From an uncultured delta proteobacterium (GTDB lineage Bacteria; Desulfobacterota; Binatia; Bin18): a DNA stretch of 64,000 nt. Location: assembly GCA_963733195.1 (NCBI GenBank), contig CAVTCR010000050.1, positions 64,001 to 128,000 on the forward strand, in the 5' to 3' direction. The notes beneath the pieces are model-generated. The model was given only the letters and a program-made list of their open reading frames with translations, had not been told where the DNA came from and did no database searches. Made by a program: the position numbers and the translations under genes. This document shows positions 43,183 to 53,735 of this stretch, one piece after another (the first letter of the stretch is position 1; each line of letters starts with the position of its first letter).

Positions 43183-44189
43183 CTGATCCGCCGTCGATAC
43201 GCGACGTAATTCGCACACACAAACGCTCCGAGTTTCTCTGCCGTGCGACGAGACGGCCAGTTATCGTCAAGCACTAACGTGTAGCTCAGATACTTCGCTC
43301 CGCGCCGTACGAGTTCCAGATATCCATAACTCGCCATCGCCAGATTCACTCCACGTCTGCGGTCTGATTCCCGCACACCGATAGCTAACACGTTCAGACG
43401 TTCGTCATCGTGAACGGTACGTCCTGGTTTGAGGACAACCTCAGCATCGTGCTCCGGGACAAGCAGTAACATCCCCACCGGCGTATCATCACGATAGGCT
43501 AGTACTGACGTGTCCAGCATCCCGCTACGTGTCAACGCCTTTATCAATCCCGCCATTTCGGTCTCACTGTACGGAGTCCAGCCCCAGTGCGCCTTGAAGG
43601 TGTCATTGAATGTGTCGACAAAATCGTGGACTCGCCTATGCTCTGGTACATCTCGTAATGGAATAATGGCATAGCCGGCACGGCGCGCTGCTTCGAGCAT
43701 ACCAACCCACCGGACGAGTAGCTCTGGACGAACCTCGATTTTGTAGTCAACGAAGCCCTTCTCACTCTCAAACCCCGCCTCTTTCAACAACGAGTGATAG
43801 TATGGCGGATTAAGTCGCAAGACATTGGGCGGCAAAGTCTCGTACGCATCGATGACAAAGGGGAATTCAAGCATACCATGTCCAGCACGTGCAGCGTTCG
43901 CTCCCTGACTTTGCAACCAGTCGCAGGCTTCGTTGATCAGCAATTTCACTGCTTCGCGTTTCTCTGGGAGTGCTTCAAACCAACAGAGATGCCCTAGTCG
44001 CTCTTGCCAATGACGCTGATAACGCGCATCGATGACTGCAAGAACCCGTGCAACGATCTGGCCGCGCTCACTCGCAACGAAAGGCCGCACCGTGCGTGCT
44101 TCATTGAAAGCACTCTCGCCACAAAGTACTGCCATCTCGAAGCGAGCCGCAGGTTTCCAGTATGCGCTCCGTATGCACTGCTCGTACAC
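43179..44189 (-). CDS. GNAT-like N-acetyltransferase-fold protein (N-terminus probably frameshifted)
   Basis: GHLCWFE, NPPYYHSLL..AGF, IGVRE..RRRGV, VLDDNWPSRR. Confidence 0.6.
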   Translation of the reverse strand: MYEQCIRSAYWKPAARFEMAVLCGESAFNEARTVRPFVASERGQIVARVLAVIDARYQRHWQERLGHLCWFEALPEKREAVKLLINEACDWLQSQGANAARAGHGMLEFPFVIDAYETLPPNVLRLNPPYYHSLLKEAGFESEKGFVDYKIEVRPELLVRWVGMLEAARRAGYAIIPLRDVPEHRRVHDFVDTFNDTFKAHWGWTPYSETEMAGLIKALTRSGMLDTSVLAYRDDTPVGMLLLVPEHDAEVVLKPGRTVHDDERLNVLAIGVRESDRRRGVNLAMASYGYLELVRRGAKYLSYTLVLDDNWPSRRTAEKLGAFVCANYVAYRRRIR

Positions 44190-44305
44190 ACGATGAAGTC
44201 GTAAAGGGCTTTATCCGATGAATTTCATCGTACTGGGCTAAGCATCCGTCCTCGGAGGATGAGTTGTCAATACCCTTTATCTCACCGCACCGCTCAGAAG
44301 GAACC

Positions 44306-45454
44306 TCAACGTGCGTTCCCTATGCCACGAGTTGTAGGGGCTCGGCCCGTGCCCTCAAGCAGACCACGTATGCGAAATCTCTCAGTTTTACCTTTCCCCT
44401 TGCATACCCCATCACGCGCCTTGCTGTCGTTTGCGATCAGTTCTGATCGCACAAGCCACGCACCATCAGCAAGAGCTTTCATTTTACCCTGGGCAGCGGT
44501 GCGCGAGCGCGGAATCATGCCACAATCGGTACACGGATACAAATGGGCAGGTTCGACATACTGCAACGCGGTCTGAATACGTGAGGCGACTTTCTCCGGC
44601 GTCTCGACCTCTTCAGTTCCGACATCAATGACTCCAACCATAAGGTCTTTGCCCTTGGCTTCGGCAAGCACGGCAGGATCAACACCAGAAGCGGCGCATT
44701 CGACGGAAATCATATCGATCGCGCTGGTGCGTAATAGCGGCAACGTCCGCCAGTAGTGGCTCCAATCTGTATTTTTGTTCTTCCATTGGAGAACAAGACC
44801 AACACCGTACCCATAACAGATATGGACGGCTTTCTTTGCCCGGACTCCTTTCGCTGCATCTTCGAGGGTACGAACACCCCACTCTTCGACTTCATCCAGA
44901 TAGATGTTGAAACAAGGTTCATCGAATTGCACGATGTCCGCCCCAGCTTCAGCTAACTCGTGCGCTTCGTCGTTGAGCAGTTTCGCGAGTTCCGTCGCGA
45001 GGGTGCGACGATTGCGGTAGTATTCATCCGCCAGTGTATCTGTCGTAGTCATCGGCCCAGGAAGCGTCACTTTCACCGGCTTATTGGTATGACGTTTGAG
45101 GAAGCGTACTGCGTCACTCACAATCGCTCCACGACGACGTAACGGGGCGACAACGCGCGCGGCATCAACCATACCACCATAACGATTTCCACGCGTGGAA
45201 ATCTTCACTAAACGGCTGAAATCAACTCCCTCCAACCCTTCCACAAAACCCCAAATGTAGTGACGACGGCGCTGCTCACCATCTGTGAAAATATCAAGTC
45301 CAGCTTCTTCTTGGTCTGCCAAGGCCAGCAGCACAGCATCGTCTTGTCCTTCTTTAAGAGCATCCCCCTCCAACTTCCATTGCACATACATTTGCCCTGC
45401 CGGCACGAGCCATGTGGGCCGCGGTAAACTACCGACGATCATGGTTTGGAGCAT
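44306..45454 (-). CDS. cobalamin-independent methionine synthase, single-barrel (MetE C-terminal type)
   Basis: VGSLPRP, TDGEQRR, TLPGPMT, QFDEP, HICYG, TDCG. Confidence 0.85.
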   Translation of the reverse strand: MLQTMIVGSLPRPTWLVPAGQMYVQWKLEGDALKEGQDDAVLLALADQEEAGLDIFTDGEQRRRHYIWGFVEGLEGVDFSRLVKISTRGNRYGGMVDAARVVAPLRRRGAIVSDAVRFLKRHTNKPVKVTLPGPMTTTDTLADEYYRNRRTLATELAKLLNDEAHELAEAGADIVQFDEPCFNIYLDEVEEWGVRTLEDAAKGVRAKKAVHICYGYGVGLVLQWKNKNTDWSHYWRTLPLLRTSAIDMISVECAASGVDPAVLAEAKGKDLMVGVIDVGTEEVETPEKVASRIQTALQYVEPAHLYPCTDCGMIPRSRTAAQGKMKALADGAWLVRSELIANDSKARDGVCKGKGKTERFRIRGLLEGTGRAPTTRGIGNAR

Positions 45455-45575
45455 GAAACCCTCCCTCAGACGTTATACGTGACGTTACAGGTGAGCGCGT
45501 GAAACCGTGGTGCGTGAGACATAATCTGTGATTCATAACGACACGCTTCACGAATCACGTTTCACGTTTGGCTCG

Positions 45576-46628
45576 TCACATCGCCTGCTCACGAAACAGA
45601 TTGAACGCAGTCATTACTGGTCCATCGGTGAAAGAGAACAAAATGGCATCCTGACTCACTGAAGCGTTCTCATGATAGTGTGTACTCCAGGTTGGCAGAG
45701 CAAACACATCGCCGGGCAACCATTCGTAGCGTCTGCCTTCGATCACTGTGTGGCCGTGCCCTTCGACCGCGAGATAAATAGTGCTCTCACTGTGACGGTG
45801 CGCATCGGTTTTTTGTCCTGGCTTGAGACGTTGAAGGAAGCTTGCCATCGTCGGTAGCGACGGGCCACCATTCACCGGATTCACATACTCCACAATGGCA
45901 CCGTCAAACGGGCTCTCGGCGTTAGGGCTCAGGCTGGCAACTGCTTCGCGAGCGTCCTTCCACGTGTACTTGAGGAGCGGCGAGAGTGTACCGGAAGAAC
46001 GTTGCCATGAGGGTAACAGCCCACTCTTGCCGTATTCGCCAACGGAGTTGTTAAGAGGTTTAGTCAACGGTTGCGCTTCCTGAGCAAACGGTTCAAAGAA
46101 AATCCCTTCCAGCATGGAAATCAAAGGAATATCTAGACCGTCGAGCCATACGACTGGACCGCTGGATTCGCTACCGTGATCATGCCAGGTCCAGTTAGGG
46201 GTCAGCACGAAATCCCCAAAGGACATCGTCATCTTCTCGCCATCGACGACCGTATACGCGCCGTCACCTTCCATGATGAAGCGTAAAGCATTAGGTGTAT
46301 GGCGATGGGTCGCAGCAACTTCACCCGGCAAGATCAGTTGTAAACCGCCGTACAAGGTGTGTGTCGTTGCGATACGACCTTCGAGTCCTGGATTCAATAG
46401 CATCAACACACGTCGCTCAGCCTCGGCAGCTGAAACCAATTCTCCAGCTCGGAGAAGCTGAGGTCGCAATTCTTGCCAGCGCCACAGATGCGGCTTCGCT
46501 TGGCTCCGTGGTTCCGGTGTTAATGCTTGGCGGAGGAACTTCCACAGCGGGCCGACATTGAACTGGGACAGACCGTCTAAGTAATCATCGACAGCTTTGT
46601 GATGTTCGGCTGTATGCGCCATACTCAC
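45576..46628 (-). CDS. gentisate 1,2-dioxygenase-like bicupin
   Basis: AERRVL.L.NPG, GLQLILPGE.A..HRH, LTPNWTWHDH, WLDGLD.P, HRHS. Confidence 0.85.
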   Translation of the reverse strand: MSMAHTAEHHKAVDDYLDGLSQFNVGPLWKFLRQALTPEPRSQAKPHLWRWQELRPQLLRAGELVSAAEAERRVLMLLNPGLEGRIATTHTLYGGLQLILPGEVAATHRHTPNALRFIMEGDGAYTVVDGEKMTMSFGDFVLTPNWTWHDHGSESSGPVVWLDGLDIPLISMLEGIFFEPFAQEAQPLTKPLNNSVGEYGKSGLLPSWQRSSGTLSPLLKYTWKDAREAVASLSPNAESPFDGAIVEYVNPVNGGPSLPTMASFLQRLKPGQKTDAHRHSESTIYLAVEGHGHTVIEGRRYEWLPGDVFALPTWSTHYHENASVSQDAILFSFTDGPVMTAFNLFREQAM

Positions 46629-46859
46629 CTCCGGTGCTTCGTCTGGGCAAAAGGTGAAAAGGAAGGATAAAAAACGTCAATTTTTCTTCCCCTTCCCCCA
46701 TTTTTCCCTCTTCCTTTCCTACCTCCCCTTTTACCCTACATTAATTGCGGGACAATACTCTGCTCGCAGGAGGAAGGTCAATGTGGAGGAATACCGGGAG
46801 GGCAGTAGAGACGCCCCGGCAGGACGTCTCTATGTAGACAGGATTTGCAGCGAGGAAGG

Positions 46860-47759
46860 TTACGCGGCTGCCGACGGCAGCAACGTCCGTACACTACTCT
46901 GCCGCAACCGCTCAAAAATACGCTGTGTCGCGAGCGAGCGGTTCAGTGTATAGAAGTGAATACCCGGTGCACCACCGGCCAACAGTTCCTCACACTGCCG
47001 CCAGGCCCATTCAACGCCGACCTCTAATGTTGCTTGAGGATCATCAGCCACAGGCTCCAGGCGCTTATGCAATGCTTCTGGAATGGAGGAGCCACACATT
47101 TTGGCGAACCGCACGATCTGACGATAGTTGGTGATTGGCATAATGCCAGGAATGATACGGGTCTTGATGCCAATATCGCGCGCACGGGTGCAGAAATCAA
47201 AATAGTCGCGATTATCGAAGAATAACTGTGTGGTGACAAAATCTGCCCCACGATCGACTTTGAATTTCAGATTCTCCAGGTCCTGCTGTTTGTCTACACA
47301 CTCAGGATGTGGTTCAGGATAGCCAGCAACCCCAATACAAAAGTCTTGTACCGAACGAGCCAGAGAAACCAGTTCTGCAGCGTGGGCAAACCCATCCGGC
47401 GCCGGAACAAAGTCCGTTTGCCCTTTGGGTGGATCACCACGTAAGCACATCAGGTTTTCAATGCCGCGTTCTTTTAGCTCTGCCAACACTTCACGTAATT
47501 CATTCTGACTATGGCCGACACAAGTCACGTGGGCCATTCCGAGAATGCCGAGTTTTTCTTGAAATCGGCAGACTAAATCAATGGTATTGCGGCGTGTCGA
47601 ACCGCCAGCACCGTAAGTGACGGAGATAAAACTCGGACTCAAGGGTTTGAGTTCTTGCGCCCGCAAAAACAGCTCCTCGACCTCTTGTGCCGTTTTTGGT
47701 GGAAAGAACTCAAATGAAAAGGTTGGCGCTCGCAAAGTAAACAAGTCTCGGATCTTCAT
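46860..47759 (-). CDS. metF: methylenetetrahydrofolate reductase
   Basis: [35 protein letters not shown]. Confidence 0.96.
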   Translation of the reverse strand: MKIRDLFTLRAPTFSFEFFPPKTAQEVEELFLRAQELKPLSPSFISVTYGAGGSTRRNTIDLVCRFQEKLGILGMAHVTCVGHSQNELREVLAELKERGIENLMCLRGDPPKGQTDFVPAPDGFAHAAELVSLARSVQDFCIGVAGYPEPHPECVDKQQDLENLKFKVDRGADFVTTQLFFDNRDYFDFCTRARDIGIKTRIIPGIMPITNYRQIVRFAKMCGSSIPEALHKRLEPVADDPQATLEVGVEWAWRQCEELLAGGAPGIHFYTLNRSLATQRIFERLRQSSVRTLLPSAAA

Positions 47760-47889
47760 GACTTTGGTTCCTCTCCCATCCCAGTATACGCTATCAAGAC
47801 TTCTGAACGGAAGAGTGCATTGCCTTTACAATCGTCCGCTTCCCGTTATACCATCCACGCCGCCAGTGCATGATGAGAAGGAGGGCTGT

Positions 47890-49056
47890 ATGTACTCACT
47901 GAAAGATCAAGCTTGTATCGTTGGGATTGGAGAGACCGCGTATACCCGAGGCTCAGGGAAAACCGATCTTGTGTTGATGCTCGAGGCCTCGATGAAAGCA
48001 ATTACCGATGCGGGACTCAAGCCGCACGATATCGATGGTATTATCCCACCGCCGCTGCCTTCTACGGCTGAACATTTTGCGGCTAATCTCGGGATTGAAG
48101 ACCTCCGTTATTCCGTCACTGTTCATATGGGAGGTGCAAGCCCAGTGACCTCGCTGCAAAGCGCAGCAATGGCGATTGCCTGTGGGGTGGCGAAAAATGT
48201 ACTCGTGCCGCTGGGGTGGAATGGGTATTCCAGTATGCGCGTCAGTAGCCCGCAGAGCGACAACGGCGCGGGAGTAGCCGCGTTGGGCACTACTATCGGT
48301 GAGTACTACTTACCGTATGGTGCCACTGTCCCTGTGCAGTGGTATGCGTGGATCGCTAACCGTCATAAGCAAATGTATAACGTGCCGGATGAAGCGATGG
48401 GCGCTATCGCCGTAGCCTCGCGTAAGCATGCCCAGCTTAACGAAAAAGCCTACATGCGCGGTCGTCCACTAACGATGGATGACTATCTCAATGCGCGTTG
48501 GATTTCTAAGCCGTTTCGCCTGTTTGATTGCTGCTTAGAAACTGACGGTGCAGCCGCCGTCGTGCTCACCGCGCCAGAACGAGCCAAAGACCTCAAACAC
48601 ACGCCCGTCTATATCTCCGGTATCGCCGAAGGACATCCCTACCCTGCGGATGACATTCCGGCACGGCCAGATCCGTTTGTCATTGGGTTGAGCTTTGCCG
48701 CACCTAATGCGTTACGCATGGCGCAGGTCGACCTCAAGGATCTTGATTTCATCGAGATTTATGATTGTTTTTCCTACGTCGTGCTCTTGCAGCTTGAAGC
48801 CATCGGCTTCTGCAAGCGTGGGGAAGTCGCAGATTTCGTCAAAGGTGGCCGCTTGGAACTCGGCGGTGAGTTACCAATTAATACTCACGGCGGGTTACAT
48901 TCAGAAGCGCATGTGTGGGGTATGAACCATGTGGTTGAAGCGACACGGCAGCTCCGTCATGAGTGCGGCGACCGTCAAGTAAAAGACGCACAAGTAGGGC
49001 TTGTCTCTGGTTGGGGCGATTTTGGCGACGGAAGTCTGGCGATTTTGCGGAGATAA
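47890..49056 (+). CDS. thiolase-like (SCP2/Ltp-type) protein
   Basis: [32 protein letters not shown]. Start taken at MYSLKD. Confidence 0.88.
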   Translation: MYSLKDQACIVGIGETAYTRGSGKTDLVLMLEASMKAITDAGLKPHDIDGIIPPPLPSTAEHFAANLGIEDLRYSVTVHMGGASPVTSLQSAAMAIACGVAKNVLVPLGWNGYSSMRVSSPQSDNGAGVAALGTTIGEYYLPYGATVPVQWYAWIANRHKQMYNVPDEAMGAIAVASRKHAQLNEKAYMRGRPLTMDDYLNARWISKPFRLFDCCLETDGAAAVVLTAPERAKDLKHTPVYISGIAEGHPYPADDIPARPDPFVIGLSFAAPNALRMAQVDLKDLDFIEIYDCFSYVVLLQLEAIGFCKRGEVADFVKGGRLELGGELPINTHGGLHSEAHVWGMNHVVEATRQLRHECGDRQVKDAQVGLVSGWGDFGDGSLAILRR

Positions 49057-49085
49057 CTATCCCTCACCCTCAAAGGAAATGAGCA

Positions 49086-49505
49086 ATGGCAGATACAGCA
49101 TATAAAAAACCACTTCCGCGTCGCCGCAATCCGATGGCGGCAGAGTTCTACGATTTTTGTAAGAAGCATGAATTGCGCTTCCAGCGCTGCAAGGATTGCA
49201 GTACGTGGCGGCATGTCCCGCGGGACATGTGCGCCAAGTGCGGATCATTCAATTGGGAATGGGCGAAGTCAGCAGGCAAAGGAAAAGTCTTCTCATGGAC
49301 GACGGCAATGCAACCAATGTTACCACCGTTTGCTGCCGACATTCCCTACAGCCCTGTAGTGATTGAGATGGATGAAGGGGTTCGCATGATCTCTTGGTTG
49401 ACCGACGTTCCAGAGGGAGATCTCCGGCTCAATCTTCCAGTAGAGGTCGTATTCGATGATGTTTCACCGGAAGTGAGTTTGCCGAAATTCAAGAAGGCGA
49501 AGTAG
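49086..49505 (+). CDS. DUF35 Zn-ribbon/OB-fold protein
   Basis: QRCKDC...P...CAKC; G.V.SWT; EGVRM; typical partner of thiolase-like proteins. Confidence 0.88.
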   Translation: MADTAYKKPLPRRRNPMAAEFYDFCKKHELRFQRCKDCSTWRHVPRDMCAKCGSFNWEWAKSAGKGKVFSWTTAMQPMLPPFAADIPYSPVVIEMDEGVRMISWLTDVPEGDLRLNLPVEVVFDDVSPEVSLPKFKKAK

Positions 49506-49590
49506 TCAGTAATCAGTAGTCAGAACTTGTTACGCTTTTGTAACTGAAAACTGACGACTGGCAACTGATAACTTATTCTGAGGTTTTCTC

Positions 49591-50754
49591 ATGAACCCTT
49601 TCCCCGGCTTCACAATGCCGCCAGAACTTGCGCTGCTACGCGACCAGGTACGCCGCATTATTCACGACGAGGTCATTCCTGCGGAAAAACGTGTTGACCC
49701 GGACGCAGAGGACCTGGCTGAAGACGACTACCATCGCATCGCCACCAAGACCAAAGCTGCGCACCTCTGGGCGCTTGCCGCACCAGAAAAATACGGCGGG
49801 GGCGGCATGAGTACATTCGGGATGAGTGTCCTGCTGGAAGAGATGTCCCAACATCGCCAGGGATTGTATAACCCAGGGTGTGGCGTCTTTGGTCGCTATC
49901 CACCGCCAGTGATATACGGCGGGAGTGAAGAGCAAATTCAACAGTACGCAGTGCCAACGATCCGTGACGGCAGTTACACATTTTTCGCCATTACCGAACC
50001 AAGCGGAGGCTCAGATCCTGCAGGCTCCATCCAATGTCGCGCAGTGAAGCAGGGTGATTACTGGGTACTCAACGGCACCAAGATTTTCATCTCGCATGCG
50101 CATGAGGCTGAATGGGGTGTCGTGTTCGTCCGCACCGACCCGAGCAAAGGCAGGAAAGGGATTAGTTGCTTCATTATCAACCAAGGAACTCCAGGTTTTA
50201 CTGCGCGACCGTTTCGGACCATTCGTACTGTCTCGCTACCTAATGAAGTCTCTTTTGAAGACTGTAAAGTGCCGGCTGCCAACATGATCGGGAACGAAGG
50301 CGACGGACTTAACCTGTGTCTTGACCTCCTCACTAGGCAACGCTTCCCCTACTCTGCCTGCAACCTCGGAGTCTCGGTTGCGGCGCATCGCATGGCGATC
50401 GAATATGCCAAACAGCGCTCAACCTTTGGTGTCCCATTGAGTCAACGCCAAGCGATTCAGTGGATGCTGGCTGACGCAGAAGTAGAATTACGTGCCACTC
50501 GCTACTTGATCTGGGATGGCGCTTGGAAAGCCGACCGCGGCGAGGATGCACGAGTTGAAGCATCGATCGCCAAGCTCTACTCTAGTGAAGTATTAGGTCG
50601 CGTTATTGACAGTGCCGTACAAATCCATGGTGGTTACGGCGTAACCAAAGAATTTCCCTTGGAGCGTTGGTATCGGGAAGCGCGAGTACGGCGTATCGGG
50701 GAAGGTCCGTCAGAAGTCCATCGGATGGTGATTGCGCGGGCGTTGTTCAGATAA
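49591..50754 (+). CDS. acyl-CoA dehydrogenase
   Basis: FAITEP.GGSD, NGTKIFIS, R.TFG..L...Q, QIHGGYG, RIGEGPSEV. Confidence 0.93.
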   Translation: MNPFPGFTMPPELALLRDQVRRIIHDEVIPAEKRVDPDAEDLAEDDYHRIATKTKAAHLWALAAPEKYGGGGMSTFGMSVLLEEMSQHRQGLYNPGCGVFGRYPPPVIYGGSEEQIQQYAVPTIRDGSYTFFAITEPSGGSDPAGSIQCRAVKQGDYWVLNGTKIFISHAHEAEWGVVFVRTDPSKGRKGISCFIINQGTPGFTARPFRTIRTVSLPNEVSFEDCKVPAANMIGNEGDGLNLCLDLLTRQRFPYSACNLGVSVAAHRMAIEYAKQRSTFGVPLSQRQAIQWMLADAEVELRATRYLIWDGAWKADRGEDARVEASIAKLYSSEVLGRVIDSAVQIHGGYGVTKEFPLERWYREARVRRIGEGPSEVHRMVIARALFR

Positions 50755-50921
50755 AGTGTTATGAAGGGCTGTCATTGAGTTATCATACAAAGCAAGCGCA
50801 GCGAAGCAAGCTCTGCAGGGGTACTGCCTTGACGAGATTGCTTCGTCGCTCTGCTCCTCGCAATGACCCCTCAAAATTACCCTGACGAAGTATTAGAGTA
50901 TAAGTTCCTTCTTCTTATTTT

Positions 50922-51428
50922 CTACGTCTTTCGCCGGTACAATTCGTCGCGCCCGCGCAATAAGTCGTCGTATCCCAACCCTTCCCCTTCACTCCCGCCC
51001 TGCCCAGCGACGAAGCGATGACTTGCCAGCACGTAGGCATCGACTTGTGCCTCGTCCATCAGGATTTGATCACTTAATGTGATATATTCACGCATGAAGA
51101 AATCTCCACCGCCGGGATTAAATATCTGCCCGTCTCCCTGTGCGCAGCCCTCTCGCAGCTTCACAGCAGGCAACTTCAGTGCGAGATCGTCGCCAAGCAG
51201 AATCACGAACGGCTTTTCTTCTGCGTAGTAGCACAGCCCACCAAACATTCGTTTGGTCGTCACTCCGCGGAGCCCGAGCCTCTCGATCGCTTCTTCTAGT
51301 GTTCCTTGGTGAAGAGGCGGTGGCCGACGAGGGCGCAGGGGTGAAGGTTTTTTCGCAGTTTTCTTCACGTCCGATCGTATAGCATACCTAGCGTCTCTGT
51401 TGCATTCCTCGCCTAAGGGTGCGACCAT
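50922..51428 (-). CDS. TfoX/Sxy N-terminal-domain-like protein
   Basis: KRMFGG...Y....F.....D.L.LK...M.EY. Confidence 0.65.
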   Translation of the reverse strand: MVAPLGEECNRDARYAIRSDVKKTAKKPSPLRPRRPPPLHQGTLEEAIERLGLRGVTTKRMFGGLCYYAEEKPFVILLGDDLALKLPAVKLREGCAQGDGQIFNPGGGDFFMREYITLSDQILMDEAQVDAYVLASHRFVAGQGGSEGEGLGYDDLLRGRDELYRRKT

Positions 51429-51457
51429 AAGACCACTTTGTCGTAAAGGAGCACGTC

Positions 51458-51824
51458 GTGTATCACTTTACTCTCGTAACGGCTCTGGTGTGGATTGCGT
51501 ATAGCTCCACGTCCGTACTCGCCCAAGGACTGTACAAATGGACCGACTCGCGAGGAGTCATTCATTATACTAACACCCCAACCAACTCCACAGCGAAGAC
51601 AGTAGACGATGCCCTTCCTCCAGCAGCGAATTTTCAACGTCCGACCCCTCCAGTCGAACCTGCTCAAGAAGCGGCAAAGCCATCGACTGGTGACTCTGCC
51701 ACTCCGGCAAATGCACCGGGAAGCCACCCCGGAACAAGGGGAAACCACCCCGGAACAAGGAGGAGGAGAGCAAGCAACGGATGGATCAGCACTCGCACCT
51801 CAATCATCAACGATCGACGAATAA
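51458..51824 (+). CDS. DUF4124 secreted protein (probable frameshift near 51715; contains an 18-bp tandem repeat)
   Basis: Signal peptide, LYKWTDSRGVIHYTN.P; CCACCCCGGAACAAGG twice. Confidence 0.7.
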
Positions 51825-51978
51825 GAGACCATCCCGTCTACGGCCCAAGTAAAGAAATAAAACAGAGATCACTACTCGACTTTCCCCTTATGTGTTTTCC
51901 CTCACTTCGCCGGGAAAGGTTCCCCTCGGCGCCAGAAAAGAGTACACTGCCGCCACATCACACATTGGAGGGGAATCT

Positions 51979-53175
51979 ATGAAAGCACTGGATCACATCA
52001 AGATTCTTGATCTGACCCAATTCGAAGCTGGGCCATCATCGACAGAAATTCTCGCCTTTCTTGGAGCAGAGGTTATCAAAGTTGAGCCACCGAAAGGAGG
52101 AGACCAAGGACGTTATTTACTCACAGAAAAGCCTGGTGTCGATGCACCATACTTCTTACTCTTAAATGCGAACAAGAAAAGTCTCACACTCAATTTGAAA
52201 AGCGAGCAGGGCAAAACGCTCTTCAAACAACTCGTTCCGCATTTCGATGTACTGGTTGAGAACTACGGCCCTGGCGCTATAGCCGAACTCGGTCTCGGTT
52301 ATGACGTCTTAGAGAAGATCAATCCACGGCTGGTCTACACGCAAGTGAAAGGCTTTGGAACCTATGGCCCGTACGCAGGCTATAAAAGTTTCGACATGAT
52401 TGCGCAAGCAACTGGCGGAGCAATGAGTGTCACCGGTACGGCAGACACCCAACCGCTCAAGCCAGGGCCAACAATCGGGGACACCGGCACGGGTATTCAT
52501 TGCGCCGTGGGCATACTCTCTGCACTCCTCCAGCGCGAGAAAACCGGGCGAGGACAGCGCGTCGAAGTGTCAATGCAAGATGCGGTAGTGAACCTCAACC
52601 GCATCGGCATGCTTGCTCATTACATGGGTGTCGAGCCAGCACCACGTGGAGGGAACCGAGTTCCAAGCCTTGCTCCGACTGACCTATACCCATGCGCCCC
52701 TGGCGGTCCAAACGACTACGCGTTCTTGATTACAACGACACCGGCGATGTGGGAAGGTCTCCTGCATGCCATCGGTCGTCCCGACGTGTTGACCGATCCT
52801 CGTTTTACTGGCCAACGCGAACGTAACAAACGGTTTGACGACCTCTTCGAGATTATTGCCACCTGGACACGACAACACAGTAAATTTGAAGTGATGCGGA
52901 TTCTCGGCGAGGCCGGTGTCCCGTGCGGGGCGGTCCTCGATAGTGGAGACATTCTCGCTAACGAACACTTGAAAGCACGCGGGATGATTACCACGATTCA
53001 GCATCCAACACGCGGCGCGTTCACCATGCCAGGTTGTGCCGTACAACTCTCCGATTCGCCAGTTGAAGTCCAACCGGCACCCCTACTGGGGCAACATAAT
53101 AGCGAGGTTTTGGGGTCCATCCTCGGCCTTACCACTGCTGACCTTGCTGTTCTCAAAGAAGACGGCATTGTGTAA
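51979..53175 (+). CDS. CaiB/BaiF family III CoA-transferase (formyl-CoA transferase-like)
   Basis: LDLTQFEAGPS, GAEVIKVEPP..GD, NANKKS, DMIAQA.GG. Confidence 0.9.
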   Translation: MKALDHIKILDLTQFEAGPSSTEILAFLGAEVIKVEPPKGGDQGRYLLTEKPGVDAPYFLLLNANKKSLTLNLKSEQGKTLFKQLVPHFDVLVENYGPGAIAELGLGYDVLEKINPRLVYTQVKGFGTYGPYAGYKSFDMIAQATGGAMSVTGTADTQPLKPGPTIGDTGTGIHCAVGILSALLQREKTGRGQRVEVSMQDAVVNLNRIGMLAHYMGVEPAPRGGNRVPSLAPTDLYPCAPGGPNDYAFLITTTPAMWEGLLHAIGRPDVLTDPRFTGQRERNKRFDDLFEIIATWTRQHSKFEVMRILGEAGVPCGAVLDSGDILANEHLKARGMITTIQHPTRGAFTMPGCAVQLSDSPVEVQPAPLLGQHNSEVLGSILGLTTADLAVLKEDGIV

Positions 53176-53584
53176 GTGTGCCTGCACTAGCCAGTAATCT
53201 TTACCAATTGCTGGCTAGAATACCATGCATTTCTGAACTATTTTCTTTCTTCATTCGTCATTTCCATGACAGGGAAGAAATTCCTACATTTCGTTACGGA
53301 ACTATATTAGGCACGAGAGAGTTTTCGTTGTCTCTCTCGTAGTTACGGCTCTCTACGTGAACGCACTTCCAACATTTTGTGGAAATTTTTGCCTATAATT
53401 CCACATTTACGTCAACTTTATAACAGTTGCACTTTGCTAAGTAGCAAGGCATAGACCTTCTTCGAAGTAACTAATTGATCCGAATACTCCTAAAAACCTG
53501 GACCAACATGCTTATTTCGGATACTGGCGAATGCACAGAGGTACCCCCGGCACACTTCTTGAGTGACTTCCTCACCAAGTAATA

Positions 53585-53675
53585 CCCGAAAAAGGCAAAC
53601 CACATCGAAAGAGTGGGGCGCAAAACTACTGGCCTACGTCTCGATTACTCGGGATATGGTCGCAGGGTTGCCGGG
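53585..53675 (+). ncRNA. c-di-GMP-I (GEMM-I) riboswitch
   Basis: GGCAAACCAC.TCGAAAGAGTGGGGCGCAAAAC...GGCCTAC...ATGGT...GGGTTGCC matches the GEMM-I layout (GNRA loop/receptor); 5' of the matrixin gene. Confidence 0.85.
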
Positions 53676-53735
53676 CGCACGCAGACCTCCACTGTGACTG
53701 CAGACCGCCCAAGCCAAATTTTTAAGGAGGTCTGG